Shown here piece by piece: positions 12,486-26,072 of a stretch of DNA of 64,000 nucleotides (positions are counted from its first letter, which is position 1; each line of letters begins with the position of its first letter). Where the stretch lies: the NCBI GenBank assembly GCA_951406725.2, contig OX597821.1:12152001-12216000 (forward strand). The letters run 5' to 3'. The notes below the pieces were generated by a model. That model saw only the letters and a list, made by a program, of their open reading frames with translations, was not told where the DNA came from and made no database searches. This stretch comes from Octopus vulgaris (taxonomy: Eukaryota). The translations under genes were made by a program, and so were the position numbers.

Positions 12486-14430
12486 ACTCTTGAAGTAACA
12501 CTGTATTATGAAGCATCAAGGACATATTATTACTTTGCCGATTCATCCTTGCACGTTCTTCATTCACCCACATCCCAACAACACACATGCATCATAAGTT
12601 GTTATGGAAACCGTGTACTCTATGCTAAAAACCCATTCATGATATTCAGTAACTATCTGTAAGGAAGACTCTAGAGAAAACACTACAAAAATCTACAAAT
12701 GAAGGCTACTAATGCAGAATATATGGGTTACGACCGACAGAATTTATGAGCAATGGAAAAAAAGTCACCAGAATTGAGTTTCCTTGGTTTTATCAAAAGA
12801 CTGGCAGAGCATGATACAGTAACATATTACATATATCAAACATTAAATATCAAGCAATCAACACACCGTATCACATGCTATTTCCGGGAGAGTGGTAGAA
12901 GCTAAACCAGCAATTGAAGATGTCTGGAAGTCACTAATGAAAATATTAGAAATCGAAGCGCAATCTCCCTCAAAAACAAATCTAACGTCTAAGATAAACA
13001 GAAATACATCAGATGCTGTTGTCCTAGATGCACTATGACTGAATAATCGCAAAGGTATAATCATGAAAGCTGCAACATCAATCATCAATCTACAGAACCA
13101 GCTGTCCTGGGGCTAGACAACTGCAAAAATCTGCTGATGTTGCAGCGTAAATGTATCGCGTTTTATATATTATGAATCCAGGAAAATCTATTTCGCTTCA
13201 ATCCCTTCCATAATGCTTGTCTTTCGTAAACATCTTGTGTTTTATCTCTACTGAGATAAAAATCAAACAGGAAGCGTATGAATGTACACACCATTAAACA
13301 CTGATAAACAAGCAAGATGCGGAAACGGATATGATTTTCGCAAATGTTCTCAATAATGATATTTACACGGAAATTGCTGGTTCCTTATAACACACTGTGC
13401 TCCACCTCCCTCTCATTTCCTCTCCCTATTACTCTCACTATCCTGGACGCTCCCTCTCCTCCTCACTAATTTTTCTCCCTCTCGTGCATTTCCGGGATGT
13501 ACAAACATATAATAATTAACAATATTTTAAAAACCCATTACCTACCGGAATTAAATATCTGATTAAGAAAAATTTGTTTAAAATTTTATTTCCATTCTAT
13601 TGCATTGCGTTTATATAATGGTAAATAAAAACGATCCACTAAAATTTTAATAATCTAAATATGTATGCTTTTATATATATATGTACGTGTGTACACCTAT
13701 ATGTATATGTGTAATTACATATATATATATATATATTCCATTTTATATTTTTCCCAAACCTATAATATTTGACTTTCATAGATGCAGATAATTAAAAATT
13801 TAAACAATTTCCTTGATTTCGAAAATATGCTTAAGAGATCTAATTAATTTCTTTTCATTCAAAGATATTCAGGTTATATCGGGTGTGGTCGGTGGAAGGA
13901 CCTATTGATCCCTGTTATTCTTTCAAAGACTTCGCATCGCCTATACAAACTTCGTAGTGCTTTTAATTTTTCAAATATATCCTTCTTTGTTTTTGTCGAA
14001 AATATTGCTGGTTTTTGCTTGTGGTCATAAAACCAAATCCCATAAAATACCTTTCCTTTTATTTTTTTCTTGTATATTATTAAAAATTTAATTCTACTGT
14101 ACCCACAACTACACCACTTTGATACACTCGCACACCGAAGTAACATCTAATTCTATTTCTGGCTGCCTAAAATTTATAGAAACGGTAAAAAAACTGGTTT
14201 CTTACGAGAGTCTACATTGGAATAATAAGGGTTGCGTAACCAACATTGTTATTAGAATATGCTGAAATACTTAAGCCAAGTTCGGAACATTTCTTATCAC
14301 ACACGCACATGCACGTGTATGTATGTATGTATGTATGTATGCATGTATGTATGTATGCATGTATATATGTATGTATGCATGTCTGTATGTAGGCGTGTAT
14401 GCATGTATGTATGTTTATATGTATGCATGT

Positions 14431-14465
<35 letters not shown>

Positions 14466-14520
14466 ACAAAATGGCTGACGTTTAGTAAGTAGAGACACAA
14501 ATAAGAAAGAAGAAAACAAA

Positions 14521-14565
14521 GGACCACTGATGCGGTCACACCAGTGTGACGAAAGAACTCTGGCC
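14521..14565 (+). ncRNA. Minimal hammerhead-like motif (core A9>C) in a ~220-bp insert between (TA)n tracts
   Basis: GGACCA-CUGAUGC-G GUCACAC ca GUGUGAC-GAAA-GAAC-UC-UGGCC. Confidence 0.65.
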
Positions 14566-14679
14566 AAAATAAGATTAAGAGTAATGTGAAAAATAAATAA
14601 CACTGAAGCAAAATAACACCAAATATATAGTGCGTGTGTTTTTATTGGCTAAACAGGCAAAATGACCATTCCGAAATGT

Positions 14680-14721
<42 letters not shown>

Positions 14722-14733
14722 CACACACATAGT

Positions 14734-14764
<31 letters not shown>

Positions 14765-15234
14765 ACGCGTACACGCACCTACCTATATATCATGAACATA
14801 TATATGCATATATATATATATATACAAACATATGAGTATGTTTAAATATATACATACATATATATGTATATGTATCATATATGCATATATGTTCATGATA
14901 TATAGGTAGGTGCGTGCGCGTGCGTGTACGCGTGTGTATGTGTGTGTGTGACTATGTGTGTGTAATATTGAAACGTACACTCTAGCTCAAGGCTTTTATA
15001 TTCAAGGTTCAAACAAAAGATTAACGAAATGAGATAACAAGAGAAAAGGATGGCGCATATTATATGAAAAGACTTCACAGAAGAACGAAATTATCTCATA
15101 AATAGTGTGCGCGTGTTGTTTATATCTTGTTTTATAGTATTTCATCTCTGAAACACGATTCGTCGATTTGTGAACAAGAGAGACATGCATATAAGGCATT
15201 ATATAATATTTCCCAATTTCGAATGCAATATCGG

Positions 15235-15392
15235 TAAGGTAAGACTCAAATTTGTGGGTAATAAGTCCACTTCGAACACTGGCCTAGTGTTCGACCTTAC
15301 TGTACGGCACCACGAGTCTCTTCTACTATTAGCCCTGGGCAACAAAAGACTTGTGAACGGATTTGGTAGGGGGAACCTGAAAATCCATTGTA

Positions 15393-15434
<42 letters not shown>

Positions 15435-15587
15435 TGCCGATGTGGCTTTGTGGTTTACTTCCCAACCCTATGGTTTCGGGTTCAGTCCCACTGCGTGTCA
15501 CCTTGGTCAAGTATCTTCTTCTATAGCTCCGGGCCGACCAGAAATTTGGGAGTGGAATAGCTAGACGGAAACTGAACATACACCTTG

Positions 15588-15666
<79 letters not shown>

Positions 15667-15672
15667 TATATG

Positions 15673-15708
<36 letters not shown>

Positions 15709-15900
15709 CATGTATGTATATCTATGTATATATATGTAAGAATATGTTCGTGTGTCTGCCTTTATCCCCCTCCTCCAGCGCTTGACAACCGATTTTGGCG
15801 CGTTTATGTCCCCGTAACTTTGTGACACGGCAAAAAGCTACTGATAGAATATGTACTAGGCTTACAGAATATATGTCCCGAGGTCATTTTTCTCGACTAT
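15235..15900 (+). mobile_element. SINE family 1: degraded head plus a second diverged copy with long internal (TA)n
   Basis: Heads at ~15235 and ~15432, tail at 15745-15900. Confidence 0.7.
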
Positions 15901-15964
15901 AGTAATAGTTGTATCATTATCTTCACCTTTATCATCGGTGTCACTATTTTTATTGGATGAAGAT

Positions 15965-16540
15965 ATTTTCAGAATCGTTAGGCAAACAGATGTTTTAAGG
16001 CGTTGATACTGACAGAACTATTAGAAAAAAATTGATAATGGAAATTCGTCTGTCTCTACATTCTGAGTTCAAACTCCACCGAGGTCAACTTTGCCTTTCA
16101 TCCTTTCCGGGTCGATCTAATCGACTTACCCGCACCCCAGAAATTTCGGCCCTTGGGCCTAGAGTAGAAATGTGCATTGCATGAACCATTAGAAAATTAC
16201 CATACCTGACATTTGGCTGTCATTACATTCTGAGTTCAAATTCCGCCGAGGTCTACTTTAATTTCCCTCTTATGGGGTTGATAAATTAAGTACTAGTTGC
16301 GTACTGGGCTCAACCTAATCGACTGGGTCCCTTCCTAAACATTTCGGGCCTTGTACCTGAAGTAGGAAAGGGCATAGGCAGAACCATTAGAAAAAAAATT
16401 TTGCTGGAATTACGTTTGTCTTTACGTTCTGAGGTCGATTTTACGGAGTTGGCAAAATAAGTGCCATTTAAGCAGTGGGGTTCTATGTAATCGACTAGCC
16501 ACCTCCCTCAAAAATGTGCAGACCTTGTGCCAAAACTGTA
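15965..16540 (+). mobile_element. SINE family 2, three degraded tandem blocks
   Basis: Repeated TTCTGAGTTCAAA..CCGAGGTC.ACTTT core at ~16060, ~16230 and ~16425. Confidence 0.65.
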
Positions 16541-16578
16541 CCCGTTTTCATTATTATTATAATAATTATTATTATTAT

Positions 16579-17113
16579 TGAGTGAGAGAACAGTGCATGC
16601 CATCAAAGTGACACTGGGGTAAATTATTCGAAGCCCAGTATACACATTATGACTACCTGTCTGATAAGGGCACACCAGGCACATGCATTACAACCATATG
16701 TTCGCGACATGGTGATCTCATATCAAGATAAACAGCGCATGACCTTGCAGGCGGCGCCCAGTTAGAATTTTCATCTGGTCGAGTAGCCCATCCCGCTGAA
16801 AATGTCCTTGAATATGGAATGTTTAAGGATGTTGAACGAACCACCAATATTTCCAAAGGTGAATTCCTTTCAACACACGGCTATGATGTTCCCCCACTAC
16901 TTCTGCCCGTGGTCAGAGATGTACATATCGTCAGCCACTAAGAGACATGATCAACTGGTTAAGGCCAAACAACCGACAAGCAAATCTGTGGTATTGAGCA
17001 GAATATTTGCTGTAGCCCATCTTTTATACCAAGAAAAAACAATATACATGATAACACTTCCAATCAGTTAAGATCAGAAGCCATGAGAGCCACTGTCTGG
17101 TACTGGATCAGGG
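16579..17113 (-). mobile_element. ~535-bp non-coding interspersed repeat embedded in (ATT)n (candidate non-autonomous element)
   Basis: Flanked on both sides by (ATT)n; an internal ~55-bp piece recurs at ~19300-19355. Confidence 0.6.
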
Positions 17114-17115
17114 TA

Positions 17116-17217
<102 letters not shown>

Positions 17218-17254
17218 GTTGTTGTTGTTGTTGTTGTTGTTTTTATTATCATTG

Positions 17255-17313
<59 letters not shown>

Positions 17314-17337
17314 GTTATTATTATTATTATTATTATT

Positions 17338-17525
17338 CAGTAGTTTTATTTTTATAGCGTGCTTTCACTTCACTACCGAGCGCAGCTCTGTGTGCGTTGG
17401 GTATGTGCTGTGATTTGTTGTGATGCTCTGATGGTTATTGTATGGAAAGTGTTCTGCGTAGGATGTGTGCAGTGCCTAGTAGTGCAATTTTCTGTATGTT
17501 ATATGTGTTTGTAAGTCCTGGTGTT
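17338..17525 (-). mobile_element. R4/Dong-like RLE LINE extreme 3' end plus UTR
   Basis: Minus strand encodes PGLTNTYNIQKIALLGTAHILRRTLSIQ*, paralogous to the C-terminus of ORF 23553-24848; (ATT)n on both sides. Confidence 0.8.
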
Positions 17526-17527
17526 TA

Positions 17528-17576
<49 letters not shown>

Positions 17577-17843
17577 CTATAACTCAGTTTTGATGGAACT
17601 GTTGGAGTCTTCTTCGCGAAGCTGTATTACTATTTGCGGCTTACAGTACCATGTTAATGTTTTTTCAACTATCTGATACTTTCCTGATTAATCTGACCAT
17701 GCTGCTGGAGAGGGTTTTGCCTTTCGTCCTTTCGGGGTCGATAAAATAAGTACCAGCTGAACACTGAAGTTTACGTAATCGATTTCGGACCACGCCCAAA
17801 ATTGGTGGCATCGTGTCACAATTTGAAATCATAACTACTACTT

Positions 17844-17885
<42 letters not shown>

Positions 17886-18597
17886 ATATATTTTTGTATC
17901 TAGGAATGCATTTCTGCCTTTTGATGTCATGACAGATTCTATCGCAAAATAATTCCCTAACAATCTTGAAAGCAATAATCTTTGATAGGTATTTGAGGTC
18001 ATTTTCTAAGGTAGACAAATCTAGCGTTGTCACGATCTATACGCCTCAACAATTGAATTTCTCTTCTGTTTCCCTTTAACGACAGGTAAAGCAGAACTGA
18101 ACGACGAATACATGTTTAGGTCTTCTAAACAGATTAAATATTGTGTAGGAATACAAAACCATCATGAAATACGATTAATGTAAAAGGCTATTTTTTTTTC
18201 TCTTTCGTGCAGATACACAAAGCATTGGCATTCACGTGTTATAGAATTGCATGTTAGTTTTGTATGTCCGAACAAAAAGCTAAGTTTATTGACTTACATG
18301 TTTGCTTTGTAAATTTCCTTTCTAAAACGTTGTGTAGATCAAGTTCAGACGTATTCGTAGTACAATGCTGGTTTACCCATGACGTAAAAGAACAGACGTT
18401 AAAGTTCAATTGTTGAGAATAAATATGATAAGGAGATAAGGATACTGTGAATATGATGTCCACAAGATGATTGACGGTCGTTACATTGTTTGGCAAAAAG
18501 GATATAGAAATCGTGATCATTTCTAATGAAAAGTTGAATGTAAAGCATTCTAATTATTATCGCTGTTGTTGTTTTTGTTATTATTTTTATCATTATT

Positions 18598-19030
18598 AAG
18601 GCGGCGAGCTGGCAGCATTATAAACACGCTGGATGAAATGCTTAGCGATATTTCACGCACCTTTACGTTCTGAGATCAAATCCCGCCGTGGCCGACTTTG
18701 CCATTCATCATTTCGGGGTCGATAGATTAAAGTGCCAGTGGAGTACTGGGGGTCAATGTATTGACGTACCCCTTCCTGCAATTTTCAGGTCTTATACCTA
18801 TGGTAGTAAGGATTATTATTGTTAAGATGACGATACTGGTAGAACAGTTAGCATACGGAAAATAGATACTTTCCGGAAAATCGTCTGTCTTTACGTTCTG
18901 AGTTTATATTCAGTCGTTGTCGACTTTGCTTTCCACTCTTTTTTGGGGTGGGGGGTCCGTAGAATATGTACCGGCTCACCACTTGGGTCCATATTATAGA
19001 CTTAAATCTTACCCCAAAATTTGAAGGCAG
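18598..19030 (+). mobile_element. SINE family 2, two diverged copies
   Basis: GGCGGCGAGCTGGCAG head; CATCATTTCGGGGTCGATA core. Confidence 0.7.
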
Positions 19031-19187
19031 TCTTCTTCTTCTTCTTCTTCTTCTTCTTCTTCTTCTTCTTCTTCTTCTTCTTCTTCTTCTTCTTCTTCTT
19101 CTTCTTCTTCTTCTTCTTCTTCTTCTTCTTCTTCTTCTTCTTCTTCTTCTTCTTCTTCTTCTTCTTCTTCTTTTTCTTCTTCTTCTT
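19031..19187. repeat. (TCT)n microsatellite
   Basis: Direct reading; source of the poly-L and poly-E ORFs. Confidence 0.95.
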
Positions 19188-20253
19188 TGATTTGATTTGA
19201 TTTGATTTGACTCAGGTACATTCTTATTCCTGATATAACTTATGTGGGTAGCAGGTTACCATCTCTAACCTTAGAAGTCCATAATTCTCAATCGTCATGA
19301 TGATCTCATATCAAGATAAACAGTACATGACCTTGCAGGTGGGGCCCAATTAGAATATAACATATGGACAAAAGGATAACATTCCTTACCTATAGACACA
19401 TAAGGCGGGCTTCCCGTTTTTGTTTTTGCTTTTGTTTTTTTTTGTGGTGAATATATTCCCCACCTGGATGGGAATCCGATCCGTCACAGCATTAGTCATT
19501 TTGTCAGCTGAATACACAGGTACACCACTCTAACTACTAAGCCAGGCGCCTCCACACCTGCCTATGGAACATTTGCAGAGAAATTTTCAAGCGTTGCAAA
19601 TTACAGTGCTACAGCGTCAAATGACAAATGCAATAAAAATACCATTTTCAATAGAATCAACAGTAGCAGTAACGGTTTTAGCAAGCAATGCATTCATCGC
19701 ATAGAAATGGAGGGGAAGATTTTTGTCGTTGAAACTTCAAAGTTAAATAAATTGTTCTATTGCTATGTCGGCGAATGACCGTAACGGTAAAATAACGATT
19801 ATCACAACAGCATTAACAAAAGTAACAGGATTACCAGCATTGATAACACTGGCAACAGCGGCTGCATCAGTTTCAACATCAGGAAAACCATTAAAGTTAA
19901 GAACAGCAACAATGCTAGCAACAGCGACAACAGGGAACTATAGCCTCAGAGTGGTGTTAAGAGAAAAACAACAGCAAAAACAATAATAGTAGCAAAACAT
20001 GTTTTAATTCCGGCAGAGCAAAAAAACAATAAAACCACCAACTGCCAGAATATTATAGTTTCCTTCCACAAAGAAAAATATAGTCTCTCGAGAGAAAATG
20101 AGAAGGTAAGATCACATGTCCCCTTTCATTTTAAGAAAATTGAAAGATAATGGGCAGAGCTGGCAGATGCTCTTTCAATTATATCTACAACTACAAGAAA
20201 AACGTTACTATAATACTGAGTGAGTTTACAGAAATCTTTCCTTGGAGATGTCG

Positions 20254-20419
20254 AGGAATGGCTGCGTGGTAAGTAGCTTGCTTACCAACCACATGGATCC
20301 GGGTTCAGTCCAACTGCGAGGCCCCTTGGGCAAGTGTCTTCTACTATAGTCTCGGGTCGATCAAAGCCTTGTCAGTGGATTTGGTGCACGGAAACTTAAA
20401 GAAGCCCGTCGTATATATG

Positions 20420-20507
<88 letters not shown>

Positions 20508-20724
20508 GTGTGTGTGTATGTTTGTGTGTCTGTGTTTGTCCCCCTAGCACTGCTTGAGAACCGATGCTTGTGTGTTTACGTCCCGTGTGTTCGGCAAAAG
20601 AGACCGATAGAATAAGTACTGCGCTTACAAAAATAAGTTCCAGTGTAGTGTTTCTCGACTATAGGTGGTGCTGCAGCATGGACGCAGTCGAATGACTGAA
20701 ACAAGTAAAAGCGTAAAAGAGTAA
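20254..20724 (+). mobile_element. SINE family 1, full copy with internal (TA)n
   Basis: Head GGCTGCGTGGTAAG..GGGTTCAGTCC; tail GAAACAAGTAAAAG. Confidence 0.85.
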
Positions 20725-21122
20725 ACGCACAAGGAGAAGAGATCATTGTAATGTATGGAAGGAAAACTAATATATAAGTGCGGTCGATCAGTTCGCTGAC
20801 ATAAACAACATTTTATTACTGAAACACTGAAGACAGATTATTCAATGATTGGCAGCCACAATGAGGATTTCCCCACCCATTCTCGTTTAGCTCTGAGGAA
20901 CGTCGGTAATTACTGTGAAGTGTGACTCACAAGATTTGCTTTTCAAGAAGTTATAGAGATGCTTAACGAATCTGTATGGCATGAATATTTGTATATATAT
21001 GTGTGTATCCTTGTGTGCGTTTGTCTGTGTGTGTCTGTGTGTGAGTCTCTGCGTGTATATATGAATATATATACGTGTATGTGTATACACACACATATAT
21101 ATATATGTATATGTATACACAT

Positions 21123-21186
<64 letters not shown>

Positions 21187-21211
21187 ATATATACATACAC
21201 ACACATCACAT

Positions 21212-21242
<31 letters not shown>

Positions 21243-21392
21243 TATATATATACACACATATATATACATATATATGCTTGTATATATGCATATATAATAT
21301 CACAAAAAATTGTAGTTATTTAACATATGTGCATATCTAAATCTATATATGAATAAGTATTCACATATATTACGTGCATGTGTACGAACATA

Positions 21393-22650
21393 CTACCCTA
21401 TCTTATGTCTGCGCTTGTACGCTTTCTGCGCAAGACTTTCACAAGCACTAAGAATGTGAGTCACGCTTTCGACCCTCTTCCCGCACGTTCTGCCGAGGTT
21501 CATTACACTTGTGTGGTATATATCACTTTTCACTGAGTTGGTATTCAATGCCTGAACCTAGGCAGCGATGATTAGCTTTTCAATCTTTTTTGTTAGGTCT
21601 TCCGTGCTAAGCAACCTTCACGATGCTTCCTGATCTTTTATGTCGTTAGTTTCACGGTCAAACTGACCATGGAATTCTTCGCAGAAATGAGTTTCTTCTC
21701 TCTCGTTGGCTATTCGGGGTCTGAATTCATCAGCACTCTCATGTCCATCTTTGGTAAATCCTTCTGCATTAGTAGCATACAGTAGTAGGTCTTGCTTACT
21801 GTTTACCAAATTTTCTATGATGTTTTTACTTTCACTGTTGAAGTACCCCCATCTGTTAATCATCTTATGTCCACCTTTACACTTCTTCATGTAGAGCTAG
21901 AGCTTGTGTACGTTCTCCTGAGGTTGAAGCGCACAATGCAATGTCATTGTCTTTCAGCTTGTACAATCGAGTTTATCAACCTCAGATCGTGTTCATTTCA
22001 GGATGGGTACATTATAGCGGACTACAGCAGCAACCTATTTGTTGATGGCAACCACATGGGCCCTCGAGTTATGTTTCGATTTCAAGAGAAGTTTGAGGCA
22101 CTTCAAATATGCAGTGATGACCTTGTCTTTCAATCCTCTGTTCCAGGATCCGAAGGCACTTGTACTCATCATCATCCGGGTCTTCCATTCTCTCTCCGTT
22201 TCGCAATTCTATGCTCTTACAATCTGCTTTTTTCTCCACTCGTTTCAAAGTGAGCACCGCACACTTCGAGATACCGAATTCCATTCCTATATCCTTGCTG
22301 TATATATGTATAGTGTCAACCTTCAGTCTCTCCACTTCAGGCTTTTCTTATACGGAAGGTTTTAAATCATCCATGAAAAGAAGGTGATTGAGACGAGGTC
22401 CATTCTTCCTCAGCTCATAGTGCACGTTGACTTTGCGTGGGACTAGAGAAATTGGGGTCAAGGCTATAACAAATAACAGAGATGAACAAGAGACTACTTG
22501 GAAGCTACCTCTTTTGATTGTTATATTGGCTAAATGCTGGTTGTTATAGAAAACACTTTTTTTCCATCTAGGCATGTTCTTTATCAGTTCACTCGCGTCC
22601 TCAGCTACACCACACATGTCGAGTGTTTCCAAAGTGTACGAAAGCAGCAA
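21393..22650 (-). pseudogene. Degraded R4/Dong-like LINE (RT to CCHC zinc knuckle)
   Basis: Frameshifted pieces LNHLLFMDDLK, YSKDIGMEFGISKCAVL, RTCGKRVESVTHILSAC..YKRRH. Confidence 0.8.
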
Positions 22651-22747
22651 GAGTTCATATTATAATTGTTGTTGTTGGTGGTGGTGCTGTGGTAGTTTGT
22701 GTTGCTGTTGTTGTTATTCTTGCCGATGTTGTCGTTATTATTAAATG

Positions 22748-22955
22748 TGGCGAGCTGGCAGAATCGTTACTTCGCGGGACAAAATGCTTACCGTTATTTT
22801 ACCTTGCTTAACTTCTTGAGTTCAAATTCCGCCGAGGGCCACATTGCCTTTTGTCATTTCGAGGTCGATAATATATGTACCGGTTGAACACTGGGTTCGA
22901 TATAATCGACTTACTCATCCTCGAAATTGCTGGCGTTTTGCTAAAAATTGAAACC
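22748..22955 (+). mobile_element. SINE family 2 copy
   Basis: GGCGAGCTGGCAGAATCGTTA...GAGTTCAAATTCCGCCGAGG. Confidence 0.75.
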
Positions 22956-22994
22956 ATTGTTATTATAATTATTTTTATTATCATTATCACTTTA

Positions 22995-23335
22995 TCACAG
23001 GTTTAGTTGGAGCCCCTAAGTTACCATGATATTCGTTCTTTTCATTTATTTAGTACTTTCTTGATTATTCTGGCCGTGCCAAGGAGGAAAACTTTTTTGT
23101 AACAAGTCTACTGGGCACTCTATTCCAATTTCTTTTATATTCCTTTGACGCCTTTTGAAACCGATCTCAAGTATGCCACAATAATTGGCATTATCTTCAC
23201 CTACTTCAGTTTCCATAACCGGTCTATTTCGTACTTATCTATGTATTTTTTTGCCTTCCTTCTTGACTATTACTGGGTCAAATGGGTTTGCAATATCAAT
23301 TATATAGTAAGTGTCGTGCATGTTGTCCACTAGTT
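22995..23335 (-). pseudogene. Degraded R4/Dong-like LINE 3' end (RLE region)
   Basis: Minus strand fragments IIDIANPFD..., YEIDRLWKL, LLGTARIIKKVL; (ATT)n flanks. Confidence 0.7.
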
Positions 23336-23346
23336 CTAGTCTCTTA

Positions 23347-23394
<48 letters not shown>

Positions 23395-23402
23395 CATTGT
23401 CA

Positions 23403-24941
23403 TTTACTTTTAATCTGCATGTGTGATGCAATCACCTGCCGGGGCACACCCAGCGCCCTAGGGCAAGTGAAGGTTAAGAGTTGTTGAAATACAGCTGAAA
23501 GCTTGGGGAGGGGAAGTAGAGATATATCTCCATGTAATGCAAACACAGACATTTACATTGATAGGGTTTTTCTAAGGATGTGGGCAGTACTTGTTAGCAC
23601 AATCTTTTGGATTTCCTTGAGACATGGTTTTCCAGGGATATTGTCTAGGTGTTTCTGACATCCCTTTTTTATCATACCTAGGGCACCTACAATAACAGGA
23701 ACAGTTTTTGTTTTAAGATTCCACATCCTCTGTATTTCGATTTCCAGGTCCTTATATTTACTAAGTTTGTCAAATTCCTTGACAGATACATTTTTATCAG
23801 TGGGGACGCTTACTTCTATTAGTCTGCAGGTATTTTCTTCCCTGTCCTTAACAATTATGTCTGGTCGATTAGCCTTGATCGTTCTGTCAGTGTTGACTGG
23901 AAAATCCCAGAGGATGGTGACATCTTTACCTTCAACAACTGGCTGAGGATGGTGTTCGTACCAGTTAGCAGGAATGTCGGATTTGTAGTGTTTACATATC
24001 TTCCAATGTATATACTGTCCTACCCTATCGTGGCGATTTTTGTATTCGTTTGGTGTCAGCACAGGGCATCCCGAAACGAGATGGTCTATCGTTTCGTCAA
24101 ATGTGTCGCAGAATCTGCATTTAGGGTCAGTACCGTTTCGGAGAACGTTAGCCTGGTAATTTCTGGTAAACAAGCTTTGATCTTGTGCTGCCATTATGAA
24201 ACCTTCAGTCTCTGCTTTCAATCCAGAGCTCTTCAGCCACTGATGGGTTGTTGCTTGGTCTACATCAGCATTTTGGCTTCGGAGAATATATTGTCCATGC
24301 AGGGGCTTCTGGCTCCACCGCCTCTCAATTTGATTCTGCCCGTTCTTTTTTGCAGTCTGCTTGATTCGCTTTGCTTGCTTGGTAGCAGTGGTTTCCGGCT
24401 CTTCATCTGATTCAAGGTTAATGTCTAGTTCCCTTTCGAACTTATAAGCTTCCTTGACAATAGAATGCAGCTTTTTGTTGCTTTCGTGTTCGCGCACAAG
24501 TCGCAGCATCCAGTCCTTTGTACTAGATAGGTACCTGTTCATTCCTACAGTAGAGGTCTTATAGCACAGCTCTAATTGCATCATTCCTCTCCCCCCGCTG
24601 CTTCTAGGTAGGTACAAGCGGTCTACATCTGCCTTAGGGTGGTGCATGCTCCTGGATGTCAGTAACTTTCTTGTCTTCCTGTCTAAGCGTTGGAGTTCCG
24701 TAAGGTTCCAGTTAATGATATTAAAACTGTACTGGACTACTGGAAGTGCCAGGGTGTTAATGGCCTCAATGCAATTTTTGGAGTTGAGCTCAGTCTTCAG
24801 TACAAGCCTTATTCTCCTATAGTATTCCTTTCTTATTTTTTCCTTCATAGTAGCATGATGTATACCATCTCCTTCGTTGATTCCTAGGTATTTGTAACTT
24901 TCCTGTGGGTCAAGTTCCTTGATGGTAGTGTCAATATCTAA

Positions 24942-24942
<1 letters not shown>
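23403..24942 (-). mobile_element. Young 5'-truncated R4/Dong-clade non-LTR retrotransposon in (TAA)n
   Basis: Uninterrupted frame from ~24942 (..YKYLGI..) to the stop at 23553; 3' UTR to ~23403; (ATT)n at 23346-23393 and 24946-25030. Confidence 0.9.
23553..24848 (-). CDS. RLE non-LTR retrotransposon ORF C-terminal half (RT thumb, CCHC zinc knuckle, PD-(D/E)xK endonuclease); truncated, not an independent gene
   Basis: RLYLPRSSGGRG, CRFCDTFDETIDHLVSGC, RHD, NRPDIIV..IEVSVP..KLSKY. Confidence 0.85.
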   Translation of the reverse strand: MKEKIRKEYYRRIRLVLKTELNSKNCIEAINTLALPVVQYSFNIINWNLTELQRLDRKTRKLLTSRSMHHPKADVDRLYLPRSSGGRGMMQLELCYKTSTVGMNRYLSSTKDWMLRLVREHESNKKLHSIVKEAYKFERELDINLESDEEPETTATKQAKRIKQTAKKNGQNQIERRWSQKPLHGQYILRSQNADVDQATTHQWLKSSGLKAETEGFIMAAQDQSLFTRNYQANVLRNGTDPKCRFCDTFDETIDHLVSGCPVLTPNEYKNRHDRVGQYIHWKICKHYKSDIPANWYEHHPQPVVEGKDVTILWDFPVNTDRTIKANRPDIIVKDREENTCRLIEVSVPTDKNVSVKEFDKLSKYKDLEIEIQRMWNLKTKTVPVIVGALGMIKKGCQKHLDNIPGKPCLKEIQKIVLTSTAHILRKTLSM

Positions 24943-25030
<88 letters not shown>

Positions 25031-25379
25031 TTCATTGGAATCTTCTGTCAATTATGTTTCTATTTCTTGCCGAGTGTCTTCCTGACACCTAGGACAGAGA
25101 AACGTACAGTATACATTGGTAGGCCATTGCAACGAAAAAAAAAGAGATTGTTCATTTTACAGAGTCATGTGATAGAGAAAAGCGGAAGACAGAGAGCAAA
25201 GGGGAAAAATGTTTAAATAAGAAACGAAACAAATAAAATATAGGAAGGAAGGAAAATTCACATCGGCAATGCTTTTCACAATACCCGTGACCTACCAGTT
25301 AAGACAATCTTTTGAAATTCCTGCTGCAAATAAATAATTTTCAGTAGTCGTTTTTGATCATTCCAAGTGCTTATTATGC

Positions 25380-26072
<693 letters not shown>

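Noticed and set aside
12490-13130. Possible decayed LINE coding fragment
   Set aside because: Coding-like composition, but no motif I can assign
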